Shown piece by piece: positions 1 through 10,100 of a DNA stretch of 64,000 nucleotides. Numbering within the stretch: the first letter of the stretch is position 1; every line of letters begins with the position of its first letter. The stretch lies in the NCBI GenBank assembly GCA_963734845.1, contig CAVTIS010000012.1, forward strand, positions 67,641-131,640, given 5' to 3'. The notes under the pieces were generated by a model. The model was not told the origin of the DNA and searched no databases. It saw nothing but the letters and a program-made list of their open reading frames with translations. The DNA is from an uncultured delta proteobacterium. Its GTDB lineage: Bacteria > Desulfobacterota > Binatia > Binatales > Binataceae. The position numbers and the translations under genes are program-made.

Positions 1-1
1 A

Positions 2-508
2 GAGCGCGCGTGCATCTTCATGGCCGCGATGACGGTCTTCGAACTGCGCGCTCGCGAGGATTTGACCAAGCTCGCACGGATGCGCGAGGTCGCGCGGTCG
101 CTCGACTTTGCCCCCTTCTTTGCGTTGTTGCGTCCGCCGCTGGAACTGCGGCCGTTCCTGCTTGAATTGAAGCGCCGCTACCGCGTGGCGCTCGCGACCA
201 ACCGCTCGGCCACTACTCACGGATTGATCGAACACCTGGACCTTGGCGGGGTGTTCGACGCAGTGGCAAGTGCATACGACAAGGTTCGCCCCAAGCCCTC
301 CCCGGACATCGTGCGTCTATGCCTGGAACGCGCGGGCGTCGCGCCTGAACGCGCCGTATATGTCGGCGACAGCCAGATTGACGCGGAAGCGGCGCAAGCT
401 GCGAGAGCGCACTTCCTCGGCGTCGGCGAGCGCGTCATCCATCCGCATCGCGTAGCGACTCTGGGCGACGTGCCGGCTGCGCTGGAGCGAATGTTCAAGC
501 AGCCGTAG
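2..508 (+). CDS. HAD-family hydrolase (phosphoglycolate phosphatase-like), 5'-truncated by window edge
   Basis: HAD motifs ALATNR, KPSPD, YVGDS; frame open back to position 2. Confidence 0.85.
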   Translation, partial: ERACIFMAAMTVFELRAREDLTKLARMREVARSLDFAPFFALLRPPLELRPFLLELKRRYRVALATNRSATTHGLIEHLDLGGVFDAVASAYDKVRPKPSPDIVRLCLERAGVAPERAVYVGDSQIDAEAAQAARAHFLGVGERVIHPHRVATLGDVPAALERMFKQP

Positions 509-566
509 CCGCTCAGATCCACCGCTCATCTCCACCTCTCATCCTGTCCGCCTCTCATCCTGACCC
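509..566 (+). repeat. Degenerate 13-16 bp tandem array after stop codon
   Basis: ccgctcagatcca / ccgctcatctcca / cctctcatcctgtccg / cctctcatcctgaccc. Confidence 0.6.
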
Positions 567-832
567 GTTTCCGAGGCATGCGCGCCCTCTCGAATGGCGT
601 CGCAACCGAGCGCTACTGCTTCTATAGCAACCCGCGTTCTCCCAGACGTGGTGCGGCGACCGCCAAACTGTCTCGGATACGGGAAATGCGGCGAACTTCC
701 GAAGGTGGCGCCAGAATAGCCATTGCGGCATACCGATCCTGACAAGGATTAACGACACATCAATCATTATCTGCTCCGCGCTATCAACTAACCATAGCCC
801 CACATTCTTCATCATCGCCAGCAGTGAATACA

Positions 833-854
833 TATGTATCGGAACCGATACATA
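833..854. promoter_or_regulatory. Perfect dyad, candidate transcription-factor operator
   Basis: TATGTATCGG-AA-CCGATACATA in AT-rich region 200 bp upstream of the ice-binding-like gene. Confidence 0.5.
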
Positions 855-1053
855 GTCGCGACTTCGACCTGAGTGGTTCTTTATGTAACCCTAATAGATT
901 GCGAGCAATAGTTTCTGTACCGACAACGGGATAGACTAAAAATTCGACTTGATACCCATCTCGATGAGAGCGAAGTCAAATAACCGGTGCAGGGATGCGC
1001 ACCCCAAGCAGGCGCATCTTAAATTGTAGCCTCGGAACTGGAGAGAGATCCAA

Positions 1054-2781
1054 ATGATGAAACAAGAACCGCGTAGAGTGTGGTTCATCGCGATAATCCT
1101 GGTCGCGTTCATGTCCGCGTGGGCAGTAGTCAGTAGATCGCAGAACGAAGCGCCAGGCTCAATTGTGCCCACGGTGACCGCGACAAATCCGGCTGACAAC
1201 GCGATTGGCGTCGCGGTCAACCAGCCGGTTGCAGTCACCTTTAGCCAGGAGATGTCCGCACCGTCGCTGGATAACTGTCTGGTCGTGCGGAAGCCTAACG
1301 GCGTTGCTGTGAGCGGCACCATCGCCTTATATAATCGAACCGCGATCTTCAGGCCGCTGGTGAACCTGGCGCCCAATACGACGTATACCGCCAGAGTCAG
1401 ACCCGAGGTGTCGGACCTGGCAGGCATCGCGATGGGGGTAGCGTATAAATGGAGCTTTACTACCGGCGCCGCCTCCGATACCACCGCACCGACGGTGACC
1501 TCGACCGATCCGGCAAACCTTCAGATGAGTGTACCCACTAACCAGCGCATCATCGCGACGTTCAGCGAAGACATGGCTCCCGCTTCAATCAACACCAACA
1601 ACTTCAAGGTGACTAAACCGGGCGGCACCGCAATCGCGGGGGCCGTCCACTACGTTTCCGGAACCGCCATATTTGTTCCTACGTACGGGCTCAAGATAAA
1701 CACTCAGTATACCGCGACGATTACGACCGGAGCCAAAGATCTGGCGCGCAATCCACTGGCCGCGGACTATGTATGGGTTTTCTCTACTGGCGCAAATCCG
1801 GATACCGTCAACCCGACTGTGACTTCGACGATTCCCGCCAACAACGCAACGGCTGTGCCGATGGATCAGAGAGTCAGCGCGACCTTCAGCGAAGTGATGA
1901 ACTACGCGACCATTACTACCGGGAATTTTCTCCTGACCTGGTCTGGCGGCAGCGTAGTGGGAACCGTTACTTATTTTTACGATTCGATAAACAACGTCAC
2001 CCAAGCGACCTTTGTGCCGCACGCGAATCTTCTGAACAACACGCTGTACACCGCCACGATTACCACCGATGCGCAGGATCTTGCCGGTAACCCACTGGCG
2101 GTTAACAAGGTATGGCAGTTTACCACCGGCGCATCTTCGGATTTGAGCCCGGTACCGCTTGGCGCGGCCGCCAACTTCGCGGTCCTGGCCGCCGCCGCAG
2201 TCACCAACACCTCGACGCCGACCACGATTACCGGGGATGTAGGCCTCTGGCCGGGCACGTCGATGACTAATTTCCCGCCGGGGATAGTGACTGGAGCGGT
2301 ACATGTGAATGACAGTACTGCTCAGGCTGCCGAGGCAGCCCTTGCGATCGCGTATGGCAACGCTGCGGGCCGCGTTGGACCGTTCACTCCCGCCGAGGGC
2401 AATGTGGGTGGGTTGACCTTCACCCCCGGCCTCTACAGGTCCGGGACCTCAACGGAGATATCGGGAGGCGGTAACCTCACACTAGACGCCAGAGGCGATC
2501 CAAATGCGGTCTTCATCTTTCAGATCGCTTCAACCTTGACCACCTCGTCCGGATTCGGGATTACCCTTGCGGGCGGGGCTAAACCTTCACAGATCTTCTG
2601 GGAAGTGGGTAGTTCGGCGACCATTGGCGTCGGTTCTCAGTTTTTCGGAACCATCCTTGCCAATACCTCAATCACGCTGGTGAGCGGCGCGACGCTGAAT
2701 GGCAGAGCACTGGCTGGAGCCGTCTCCGGCACGGGCGCGGTTACGATGGACGATAATACGGTTGTGCTAGCCACTCCGTAG
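1054..2781 (+). CDS. Secreted/anchored protein: three Ig-like (Big_5/SbsA-type) repeats plus C-terminal DUF3494 ice-binding-like domain
   Basis: Hydrophobic N-terminus; three PTVT..P.....V......TFS..M...W.FTTG repeats; DUF3494 motifs TITGDVG, TFTPGLY, TLDARGDPNAVFIFQ, IFWEVGSSATIG, LNGRALA. Confidence 0.85.
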   Translation: MMKQEPRRVWFIAIILVAFMSAWAVVSRSQNEAPGSIVPTVTATNPADNAIGVAVNQPVAVTFSQEMSAPSLDNCLVVRKPNGVAVSGTIALYNRTAIFRPLVNLAPNTTYTARVRPEVSDLAGIAMGVAYKWSFTTGAASDTTAPTVTSTDPANLQMSVPTNQRIIATFSEDMAPASINTNNFKVTKPGGTAIAGAVHYVSGTAIFVPTYGLKINTQYTATITTGAKDLARNPLAADYVWVFSTGANPDTVNPTVTSTIPANNATAVPMDQRVSATFSEVMNYATITTGNFLLTWSGGSVVGTVTYFYDSINNVTQATFVPHANLLNNTLYTATITTDAQDLAGNPLAVNKVWQFTTGASSDLSPVPLGAAANFAVLAAAAVTNTSTPTTITGDVGLWPGTSMTNFPPGIVTGAVHVNDSTAQAAEAALAIAYGNAAGRVGPFTPAEGNVGGLTFTPGLYRSGTSTEISGGGNLTLDARGDPNAVFIFQIASTLTTSSGFGITLAGGAKPSQIFWEVGSSATIGVGSQFFGTILANTSITLVSGATLNGRALAGAVSGTGAVTMDDNTVVLATP

Positions 2782-2802
2782 AAGAGGACATTCGGTGCAG
2801 AT

Positions 2803-2838
2803 GCGGGGCCGGGCCATGACGGCTCCGCTCCGTTTTTT
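2803..2838 (+). terminator. Intrinsic terminator
   Basis: GCGGGGCCG...CGGCTCCGC stem then tccgTTTTTT. Confidence 0.6.
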
Positions 2839-2886
2839 GTGGCGCCTGGGCCGGCTCCCCGCGCTCGCGATCTCATCGTGTTGCGC

Positions 2887-3624
2887 CTAAATCGGGCGCG
2901 GCGGGCGCGCCGCTTCGGCCTCCGGCGATTGTGCCATCAGCGTTCGATAAAGCGACCCGCCGAGAATTGCGCCCAGGATAGGGGCCACCCAGAACAGCCA
3001 CAGCTGCTCGACCGCCCATCCGCCGACGAACAGCGCCGGTCCCGTGCTGCGAGCGGGGTTAACTGAAGTGTTGGTCACCGGAATGCTGATCAAATGGATA
3101 AGCGTCAGCACCAGGCCGATCGGAATCGGCGCGAAGCCGGCCGGAACGCGCGGGTCGGTCGCGCCCATGATCACGAACAAGAACATCAGGGTCATCACAA
3201 TCTCGCACACGAACGCCGCCAGGAGGTTGTAGCCGCCCGGCGAGTGCGCGCCATAACCGTTGGCCGCGAAGCCCCCGGCCAGGCTGAAGCCCGGCGCGCC
3301 GCTGGCGATTATGTAGAGCACCGCAGCAGCGAAGATTCCGCCGAGCACTTGCGCTGCAATATAGGGTGCGAGTTCTTTACCCGGAAAACGGCCGCCCGCC
3401 CATAATCCAAAGCTCACGGCGGGATTGATGTGGCATCCAGAGATATGCCCAATCGCGTAAGCCATCGTCAGCAGCGTAAGCCCGAACGCCAGCGCCACTC
3501 CGGCGAAGCCGATTCCCAGATGAGGAAAACCGGCGGCCAGCACCGCGCTTCCGCATCCGCCCAGCACCAGCCAAAACGTTCCAATGAATTCCGCTCCAGC
3601 GCGTTGCGGGAGGCTCATGGTCAT
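2887..3624 (-). CDS. aqpZ: Aquaporin Z
   Basis: [38 protein letters not shown] (two NPA motifs); AGGAGA RBS before ATG 3624. Confidence 0.95.
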   Translation of the reverse strand: MTMSLPQRAGAEFIGTFWLVLGGCGSAVLAAGFPHLGIGFAGVALAFGLTLLTMAYAIGHISGCHINPAVSFGLWAGGRFPGKELAPYIAAQVLGGIFAAAVLYIIASGAPGFSLAGGFAANGYGAHSPGGYNLLAAFVCEIVMTLMFLFVIMGATDPRVPAGFAPIPIGLVLTLIHLISIPVTNTSVNPARSTGPALFVGGWAVEQLWLFWVAPILGAILGGSLYRTLMAQSPEAEAARPPRPI

Positions 3625-3826
3625 AACAGGTTCTCCTACGGTCCGATTTTGAGACAATCAGAGAGCCTAGTTGTTTGGCAGGGGAATGTCTGCCGCAGAA
3701 TTTTATCAAGATGTGAAGACTTCCAGCGGTAGAATCACCACTAAACGCGGTTGGACGACACAACGCCCTCGAAAGCTACGAATATAGCGATTGTCACGGG
3801 CTGAAATTGTTGGTCCTGACTCACGC

Positions 3827-5161
3827 TCATAATCCGAGTTCGGCGCGCGAGCGAGTCAGCGTATCGATGACCACGTACATGATCGCGCGCGCGGACTTGA
3901 TGAAGTCCTTGATGCTCGCGACGCCCATCCCGCCCAAGCCTTCCTTGTACTCATCCGGGCATCCGTGAGGCGGCCACGGATAACCGATTCGCGCGCAAGG
4001 GATACCGAGGCGGCGGATGAGCGCGCCGTCGGTCTGGCCCCCCATTTTGGGAGCGTCGCCGTGGGGGCGGCCCTCGACGCGCTCCCATCCGCGATAGCTC
4101 GATTGCACGATCCAGTTTTGCGGATCGGTGGCGCCGCCCGGGCAGGCGCCGAACAACTCCCAGTCGAACTCGATGTCCGGATGCCGCTCGTGAATCGAGC
4201 GCATCGCCTCGGCAAACTGCGATTTGACTTCGCCGGGAGAAGTGCGCGGATTGCATCGCAGGTCGAGATAGATTTCCGTCGTGGCTGAGGGAAAGGCCGG
4301 TTTCTCGGGCCATCCCGCGCGCAGCGCTGCAATATGACCCTCCGGAAGCACTGTGCCCGAGGTGTTGCGAGCGGTATATTGCGGAAGCCACGCTTCGATC
4401 TCTTCGACCACTCGAACCGCGGGGACGATCGAACTTCTGTAGCCGGGCGTTCCGCGGGTGATTCCCGCGTAGCCCATCGTGCCGCGCACTGAGACCTTGA
4501 ACCAGCACATCCCGGGCTCCTCGGCGAACACCGCCCACCACGGTTTCATGATCACGGCGAAATCAGGCGCCACTCCTCGCGTGAGCATGTGATACACGCC
4601 GTCGCTCATTCCGTAGTTGTTGCGATATGGCAGGCTTACCGGCATTCCGCCGCCGGCAAAGCCCACCTGCAGGTCGCCCTTGATAGGCACCTTCGCTTCG
4701 CGAAGCGCGGTCGCGATTTCGGTCAGGCTCGCGACCATCCCCTTCGGATTGGCGGCGCCGAGTCCATAGATCAGGTCGCCCTGCGCGAAACCCTTGGGCA
4801 GCATGTCGGCGCGCAACGTCGGGCCGACCCATGGCAGGTCCCGCTCCGGGTCGGCTTCGAGGTGAGTGTCGATTGGAGCGTAGAGCAGCAGCGACGCGCC
4901 GCCGCCGCTTCCGCGGATTTCGCCGATAGCGTTGCCGGTATCTTCGCCGATCGGCTGATACAGGGAATGCTCGCCCAAGTGCTCGCGCATGTAGGCGGCG
5001 ACAAATTCGCTGGCCTGGCGTTCCGCGCCCGTGGGGCTGTGGATGTCGATCAAATGGAGGAGCAGCTTTTTGAGCCGCTCCGGATTGAGCCGGTCACACG
5101 CCTGGCCGTACCATTTCTCCTGCTCGGCTGAGAGCGGAACGATGCTCGTCTTGTCGGCCAT
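3827..5161 (-). CDS. M20/ArgE-fold protein with degenerate metal-binding motifs
   Basis: Fold cues IHSPTGAE, GNAIGEIRGSGGGASLLL, IYGLGA, GGQTDG; start ATG 5161 after AGGAG. Confidence 0.75.
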   Translation of the reverse strand: MADKTSIVPLSAEQEKWYGQACDRLNPERLKKLLLHLIDIHSPTGAERQASEFVAAYMREHLGEHSLYQPIGEDTGNAIGEIRGSGGGASLLLYAPIDTHLEADPERDLPWVGPTLRADMLPKGFAQGDLIYGLGAANPKGMVASLTEIATALREAKVPIKGDLQVGFAGGGMPVSLPYRNNYGMSDGVYHMLTRGVAPDFAVIMKPWWAVFAEEPGMCWFKVSVRGTMGYAGITRGTPGYRSSIVPAVRVVEEIEAWLPQYTARNTSGTVLPEGHIAALRAGWPEKPAFPSATTEIYLDLRCNPRTSPGEVKSQFAEAMRSIHERHPDIEFDWELFGACPGGATDPQNWIVQSSYRGWERVEGRPHGDAPKMGGQTDGALIRRLGIPCARIGYPWPPHGCPDEYKEGLGGMGVASIKDFIKSARAIMYVVIDTLTRSRAELGL

Positions 5162-5202
5162 CGAAGTCACTCCTGCGGCCGCCCGCCGCTCTGCACTTCG
5201 CT

Positions 5203-6447
5203 TCAGCGATGCCCGTTGCTGCCGCCGCCGCCGTTCATCTGACGGGTGGCCGGCCGCTCCTGGATACCGCGGTTGTAACGCGACGCGACCTTGCGCCACG
5301 CCGTCAAGGCGTTGTCCAGTTGGCACAGGACCTCCTTGTTCCAGCCGTCGCCGTGCTCATAGAAATCCTGCATCGCCTCGCGCGCGAAGAGATCGTTGTC
5401 ATTGAAATCGCGCAGCGCGAGCGGTTCGAACACGTTGTTGTATCGATACTCGGCGTCCTTCAGATCCGCCTCGTTGCGGCAATGCGCGACCAGGATTTCC
5501 CAGTACTCATGATGGGTCTCGTCGGTGGGAACGTACCATTCGTATTGCGCCCAACCCGGAATCGGCCAGTGCTCAACCAACAGCACCCCGGGCACGTACA
5601 TCGAGGTGCGCAGGTAGTAAGGCTTGGTGCCGCGCGCCTTCAGCCCGAGGAGCGGATTTTCGAGCACCATGTTCCAGGCCTGGGGCCGGTTGTACATCAT
5701 CATTACGCCCTTCGGACCGTCCTCTTCCTCGACCACGCGGACCGCCTCGTCCGAAACGGGCTGCGCGCCGAGCGGAAACAACACGTCGGCGCTCGCAATA
5801 ATCGTGTTGCCCATGTGCACGAGCCAGTGGCCCGGGTCGTAACCGTTTTCGACCGCCAGGCGCCAGTTGGAATTGCCGGTGCGATGAATCCCGCGGACGA
5901 AGACCTGCTGGTCGAGAATGTAGGCGACGGCGTTGGGGTCTTCGTCGGCGCCGATTCTAAGCGGCAGGTCGGATGACAGCGGTGGCACGGGTTGGTAGTC
6001 CTCGTCGCCGACGAAGACGAAGATCATGCCGTTGTGCTCTTCGACCGGGTAGGTGCGGATCCGCACTTTGCCGAGAATCGGATCGTCGGGCGACGCCACG
6101 ATGGTCCGCAGCACGCCGTCTTCGAGGCCGTAGCTGTAGCCGTGGTACCAGCAACTCATCAGCTCGTCGCTCAGACAGAGCGGCCGGCGCGACATCTTCA
6201 CGCCGCGATGCAGACAGCGGTCCTGCAGCGCGTAAGTCTTGCCCTTGGCGCGGCGGAGCGCGATCTCGTGGCCCGCGATCACTACGCCCTTGACGTCGTT
6301 GTCCTTGAGTTCGTGACTGAACAGCGCCGGGTACCAATGATTCTTGAAGCCGCACGCGGCCTCCAGGTATGGCGCCCATTGCCTGCTCGAGGATGCGCTC
6401 GGCGTGCCTGCACCGGCTGCCCTTCCCGTGGATTCGCCTGCGCCCAT
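5203..6447 (-). CDS. Rieske non-heme iron oxygenase, CarAa/OxoO-like
   Basis: WAPYLEA..GFKNHWYP; Rieske CLH...CWYH; NGYDPGHWLVH Fe site; FNDND. Confidence 0.85.
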   Translation of the reverse strand: MGAGESTGRAAGAGTPSASSSRQWAPYLEAACGFKNHWYPALFSHELKDNDVKGVVIAGHEIALRRAKGKTYALQDRCLHRGVKMSRRPLCLSDELMSCWYHGYSYGLEDGVLRTIVASPDDPILGKVRIRTYPVEEHNGMIFVFVGDEDYQPVPPLSSDLPLRIGADEDPNAVAYILDQQVFVRGIHRTGNSNWRLAVENGYDPGHWLVHMGNTIIASADVLFPLGAQPVSDEAVRVVEEEDGPKGVMMMYNRPQAWNMVLENPLLGLKARGTKPYYLRTSMYVPGVLLVEHWPIPGWAQYEWYVPTDETHHEYWEILVAHCRNEADLKDAEYRYNNVFEPLALRDFNDNDLFAREAMQDFYEHGDGWNKEVLCQLDNALTAWRKVASRYNRGIQERPATRQMNGGGGSNGHR

Positions 6448-6532
6448 CGAAGTTACCTCCTCGAAATTCCCGCCGGACGAGGCCGCGACGGATACATCCC
6501 CGCGCGATCGTCAGGCTTTACGACTATCTCGT

Positions 6533-8083
6533 TTACGACATGAGCATCTCGATCATTTTGGGCCCCGGCTCCTTGAGCGCGCGCTCCAGTTCCTGCGAGA
6601 GCGCCTCGGCCGTTTCGACGCGCACCCCCGGCACACCCATCCCCTTGGCGAGCGCGACCCAGTCGAGGTTCGGATTGCCCAGGCTGGTGAGCGAGCGCGC
6701 CGTGGTGCCGGGCTCCGTGATGCCGGCGCGCGCGAGTTCGACTTGCAGGATTCGGTAGCGACGGTTGTTGCACAGAAGCGTCGTGACGTTGAGCCCTTCG
6801 CGCGCCTGCGTCCATAGCGCCTGCACGGTGTACATCGCGCTGCCGTCGGCCTGAAACGAGATCACGCGGCGGTCAGGACAGGCGACCGCGGCGCCGGTTG
6901 CGCATGGCAGGCCCTGGCCAATGGCGCCGCCGGTCAGCGCGAGATAGGTATGCGCGGGCGCGCTTGACGAGGCGCCGAAGAACGGCAGCCCGGTGGTCGC
7001 AGCCTCGTCCATAACGATCGCGTTCTCGGGCATCGCGGCCGCGATCGCCGCGCCGATCGTGGTCGCGTCGAGCGCCCCTGTCGGCCGCGCGGCAGCGCTT
7101 TTCGCGGCGCGCGCGGGGGCGGTTTTGGGCGCGCCGATAAGGTCGGCCAGTGCTTCGAGCGCGAGCGCGGAGTCTTGTTCCAGCGTCGCCAGCGTGGTGA
7201 CGCTCCGGCCCTCGGGAATCAGGCTGCTCGGCATGTTGGGATAGCCGAAAAACGCGACCGGCGCGCGCGCGCCCGCCAGGATGACCGAAGTCGATTTCGA
7301 CATCGCATCCAGCGCCATTTCGGGAAAGTAGGGCAGCTTTTCGACCGGCGGCATCGCGCCGCCGCGCTCGACGCGCGCGGGAAAGGTCTCGCACATCAGG
7401 CGGCATCCGCTGGCCGCGGCGATTCGCGCCGCGGCCCGCAGGCCGCGCTCGCGAAGCGCCGCTCCGCCCATGAAGAGCACGCTGTTCGGGCCGTCGCGCC
7501 GCAGTACCTCGGCCGCCGCGCGTACGCCGCTATCCGGCGCCGCCGGCGGCGCCGCGACCGGGTGCGGCCCGGCGGCCGCACCCGCCTCGGTCCATTGGCA
7601 ATCGGCGGGCACGATAAGGGTCGACGTATGGCCCGGGAATCGCATTGCCTCCGCGACCGCCTCGGCCGTGTCGACGGCGATTGCGACCGCGCTCGCCGAG
7701 TGGCGCACCCATGAAGAGACCGGGCGAGCCAGGGACTCAATATCGGAGGTGAGCGGCGCGTCGGCCTTCAGATGCCAGGTCGCATGGTCGCCGATCACGT
7801 TGACGATCGGCGAGTGCGCGCGCCGCGCGTTGTGCAGATTGGCGATCCCGTTGGCGAAGCCCGGTCCGAGATGGGTCAGCGTGAGCGCGGGCCGCCCGGC
7901 CATCCGTGCGTAGCCGTCGGCGGCGCCGGTGACGACGCCCTCGAACAGCGCCAGCACGGCGCGCATCCGGGCGGCGCCGTCGAGCGCGGCGACCAACGGC
8001 ATCTCGGTGGTGCCGGGGTTGGCGAAACAGACATCGACGCCGCAATTGAGCGCGGTCAGGATCAGGCTCTCGGCTCCATTCAT
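6533..8083 (-). CDS. ThDP-dependent enzyme, acetolactate synthase large subunit-like
   Basis: [33 protein letters not shown]...N. Confidence 0.9.
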   Translation of the reverse strand: MNGAESLILTALNCGVDVCFANPGTTEMPLVAALDGAARMRAVLALFEGVVTGAADGYARMAGRPALTLTHLGPGFANGIANLHNARRAHSPIVNVIGDHATWHLKADAPLTSDIESLARPVSSWVRHSASAVAIAVDTAEAVAEAMRFPGHTSTLIVPADCQWTEAGAAAGPHPVAAPPAAPDSGVRAAAEVLRRDGPNSVLFMGGAALRERGLRAAARIAAASGCRLMCETFPARVERGGAMPPVEKLPYFPEMALDAMSKSTSVILAGARAPVAFFGYPNMPSSLIPEGRSVTTLATLEQDSALALEALADLIGAPKTAPARAAKSAAARPTGALDATTIGAAIAAAMPENAIVMDEAATTGLPFFGASSSAPAHTYLALTGGAIGQGLPCATGAAVACPDRRVISFQADGSAMYTVQALWTQAREGLNVTTLLCNNRRYRILQVELARAGITEPGTTARSLTSLGNPNLDWVALAKGMGVPGVRVETAEALSQELERALKEPGPKMIEMLMS

Positions 8084-8136
8084 CGCTTATCAACTCCGCT
8101 TCGCTGGTGTGTTCGGACGCGGTTCAATGAATAGCC

Positions 8137-9846
8137 TCAAGCGCCGGTTTGCGAAACCGTACGCATCACTTTGCCCGGCAAGCCGCCCTGGTATTGGTCG
8201 TGCGCGAAAAGCACTTCGCCGCCGACGATCGTGTATTCGATTCCCTCCGCGCGCTCGATTAGTCGCGGCTCGCCGCCGGGCAAATCGTTGACCCACTCGG
8301 GCTTGAGCGGTTTTATCGCGGCCGGATCGAAAATCACCAGGTCGGCATCCATCCCCGGCGCCAGCCGTCCCTTGGTGCGCAGCTCGAGAAAATCCGCGAG
8401 TTCAGAGGTTAGCCGCCGCACCGCGTCTTCGAGCGTCAGCACGCCGCGCCGATGCACCCATTCGTGCAGCAGGTACGAAGTCAGGCCGGCGTCGCAATGC
8501 TGCGCGACGTGAGCGCCCGCGTCGCTCAGCCCGATTAGCGTATTGGGCAGTTTGAGGATGCGGCTCACGACGTCGGGATTGACGTTAATCACCGAGAGCG
8601 TTACGCCCAGTTCCATCCGCTCGTCCAGCGCGAGGTCGAGCAGCGCATCGACCGGGTCCTTGCCGGTGGCGGCGGCCAGGTCGGCGACGCTCAGGTTGAG
8701 AAAACGGCGATTGCGCTCGTTCTCCACGCGCGCGATATGTACACGATCCCAGCGGCCGCGAAAAATCGCATTGCCACCGCCGCCTTTGATTTCGTTGCGG
8801 AATACGGCGCGGAAATCGGCCGAGCGTGCGAGCGCCATCTGCTCCTCGGCGCCGCGGTTGAAGATTCCCTTCCACGAATCGAGCGCGGCAAAGATGAACG
8901 GCTCGCGCATCGTGTAATACTGCTGAATCGGACGTGGCGTGACCTGCGGCAGTATCCTGAGCCCGTTTCGGAGCAGCGGCGCGAGACGCTCGACCGTACG
9001 CTGATGCGCGTCGGGCGGCGTGCCGGGCAGGTCGAGCAGCGCGAGCCAGGTCACCGGCCGCGTGCTCTCGCGCGCGAGCATCGTAAGCAGGTCGAAGCCG
9101 CCCTCGTTGGGCACGCTGGTCGAGCCGCGGTTGGGCAGAATCTCGATAACGCCGCGGTTAAGCTCGCGCATCGCGCGGCAGAGCGCGCGCAGCTCATCGT
9201 CGCTCGCCATCCGGCTCGCCAACGGACGGCCCTGAAATCCGATATGCTGGGGCGCGAGGCTCAACGAGAAGCCGGCGGCGCCGGCGCGGAGCGCCTCGCG
9301 ATACAGACGCGCCATCTCGGCCGTCTCGGCCTCGGTTGCGGCGCGCTCCGCTGCTTCCTCACCGATGACGTAGTAGCGCAGCGCCGAAAGCGGCACCAGG
9401 AAGCCGACGTTGAGCGCGACTCCGCGCCGCTCGATCGCCGCCATGTACTGCGGAAAGCTCTCCCAGTCCCACGTCACCCCGCGCATCAGCACGTCATGCG
9501 GCAGCGCCTCGACGTTGACTAGATCCCACGCCATCGTGGACTGCTGCCCGGGGCGGCAGGGCGCGACGCCCACCCCGCAGTTGCCCATCAGCAGCGTGGT
9601 GACGCCGTGCCACGACGAGCAGGTGAGCAGCGGGTCCCACGAAATCTGCGCGTCGTAATGCGTATGGATGTCGATGAAGCCGGGCGCGAGCACCGCGCCG
9701 CCGGCGTCGATTTCGCGCCGCGCCGTGCCGCCCGCCTCGCCGACCGCGGCTATTTTGCCGTCCTTCACCGCGAGCGCGCCGTGACGCACTGGCGCGCCGG
9801 TGCCGTCGCAGATGATGGCGTTGCGGATCAACAGGTCGTAGGCCAT
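8137..9846 (-). CDS. N-acyl-D-amino-acid deacylase family amidohydrolase
   Basis: PGFIDIHTHYD, GNCG, SDAGAH, GRLAPGMDADLVIFDP. Confidence 0.9.
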   Translation of the reverse strand: MAYDLLIRNAIICDGTGAPVRHGALAVKDGKIAAVGEAGGTARREIDAGGAVLAPGFIDIHTHYDAQISWDPLLTCSSWHGVTTLLMGNCGVGVAPCRPGQQSTMAWDLVNVEALPHDVLMRGVTWDWESFPQYMAAIERRGVALNVGFLVPLSALRYYVIGEEAAERAATEAETAEMARLYREALRAGAAGFSLSLAPQHIGFQGRPLASRMASDDELRALCRAMRELNRGVIEILPNRGSTSVPNEGGFDLLTMLARESTRPVTWLALLDLPGTPPDAHQRTVERLAPLLRNGLRILPQVTPRPIQQYYTMREPFIFAALDSWKGIFNRGAEEQMALARSADFRAVFRNEIKGGGGNAIFRGRWDRVHIARVENERNRRFLNLSVADLAAATGKDPVDALLDLALDERMELGVTLSVINVNPDVVSRILKLPNTLIGLSDAGAHVAQHCDAGLTSYLLHEWVHRRGVLTLEDAVRRLTSELADFLELRTKGRLAPGMDADLVIFDPAAIKPLKPEWVNDLPGGEPRLIERAEGIEYTIVGGEVLFAHDQYQGGLPGKVMRTVSQTGA

Positions 9847-10039
9847 CGCGAAATTCCTCCGATACGTGCGGCGGACGAACCACGACGATGGAGGTGGGGC
9901 GCGCGATTGTGGATGCGCCGCGCGGTCACTTCAGCCATCGCGCTACGGCCGCGAAACTCAGGTGAGCTTCGCGCCGGCTCTATGGAGTGTCAAGGTGCGC
10001 GCTCGGAGCGGCGAATTTCATCATTGCGCGGCGACCGAT

Positions 10040-10080
10040 CGAGGAAGCGCCGAAAGGTCTGTTCTCTTCGGCGCTCCCTT
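10040..10080. repeat. Hairpin sharing CGAGGAAGCGCC arm with 45739-45780
   Basis: cgaggaagcgccgaa...ttcggcgctccctt. Confidence 0.45.
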
Positions 10081-10100
10081 CGCTTGCGGTTTACAGATAG

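Noticed and set aside
640-720. Possible c-di-GMP riboswitch upstream of the adhesin
   Set aside because: Lacks the GGCAAAC...GAAA...GACGCAAAG core; an Rfam scan would settle it.
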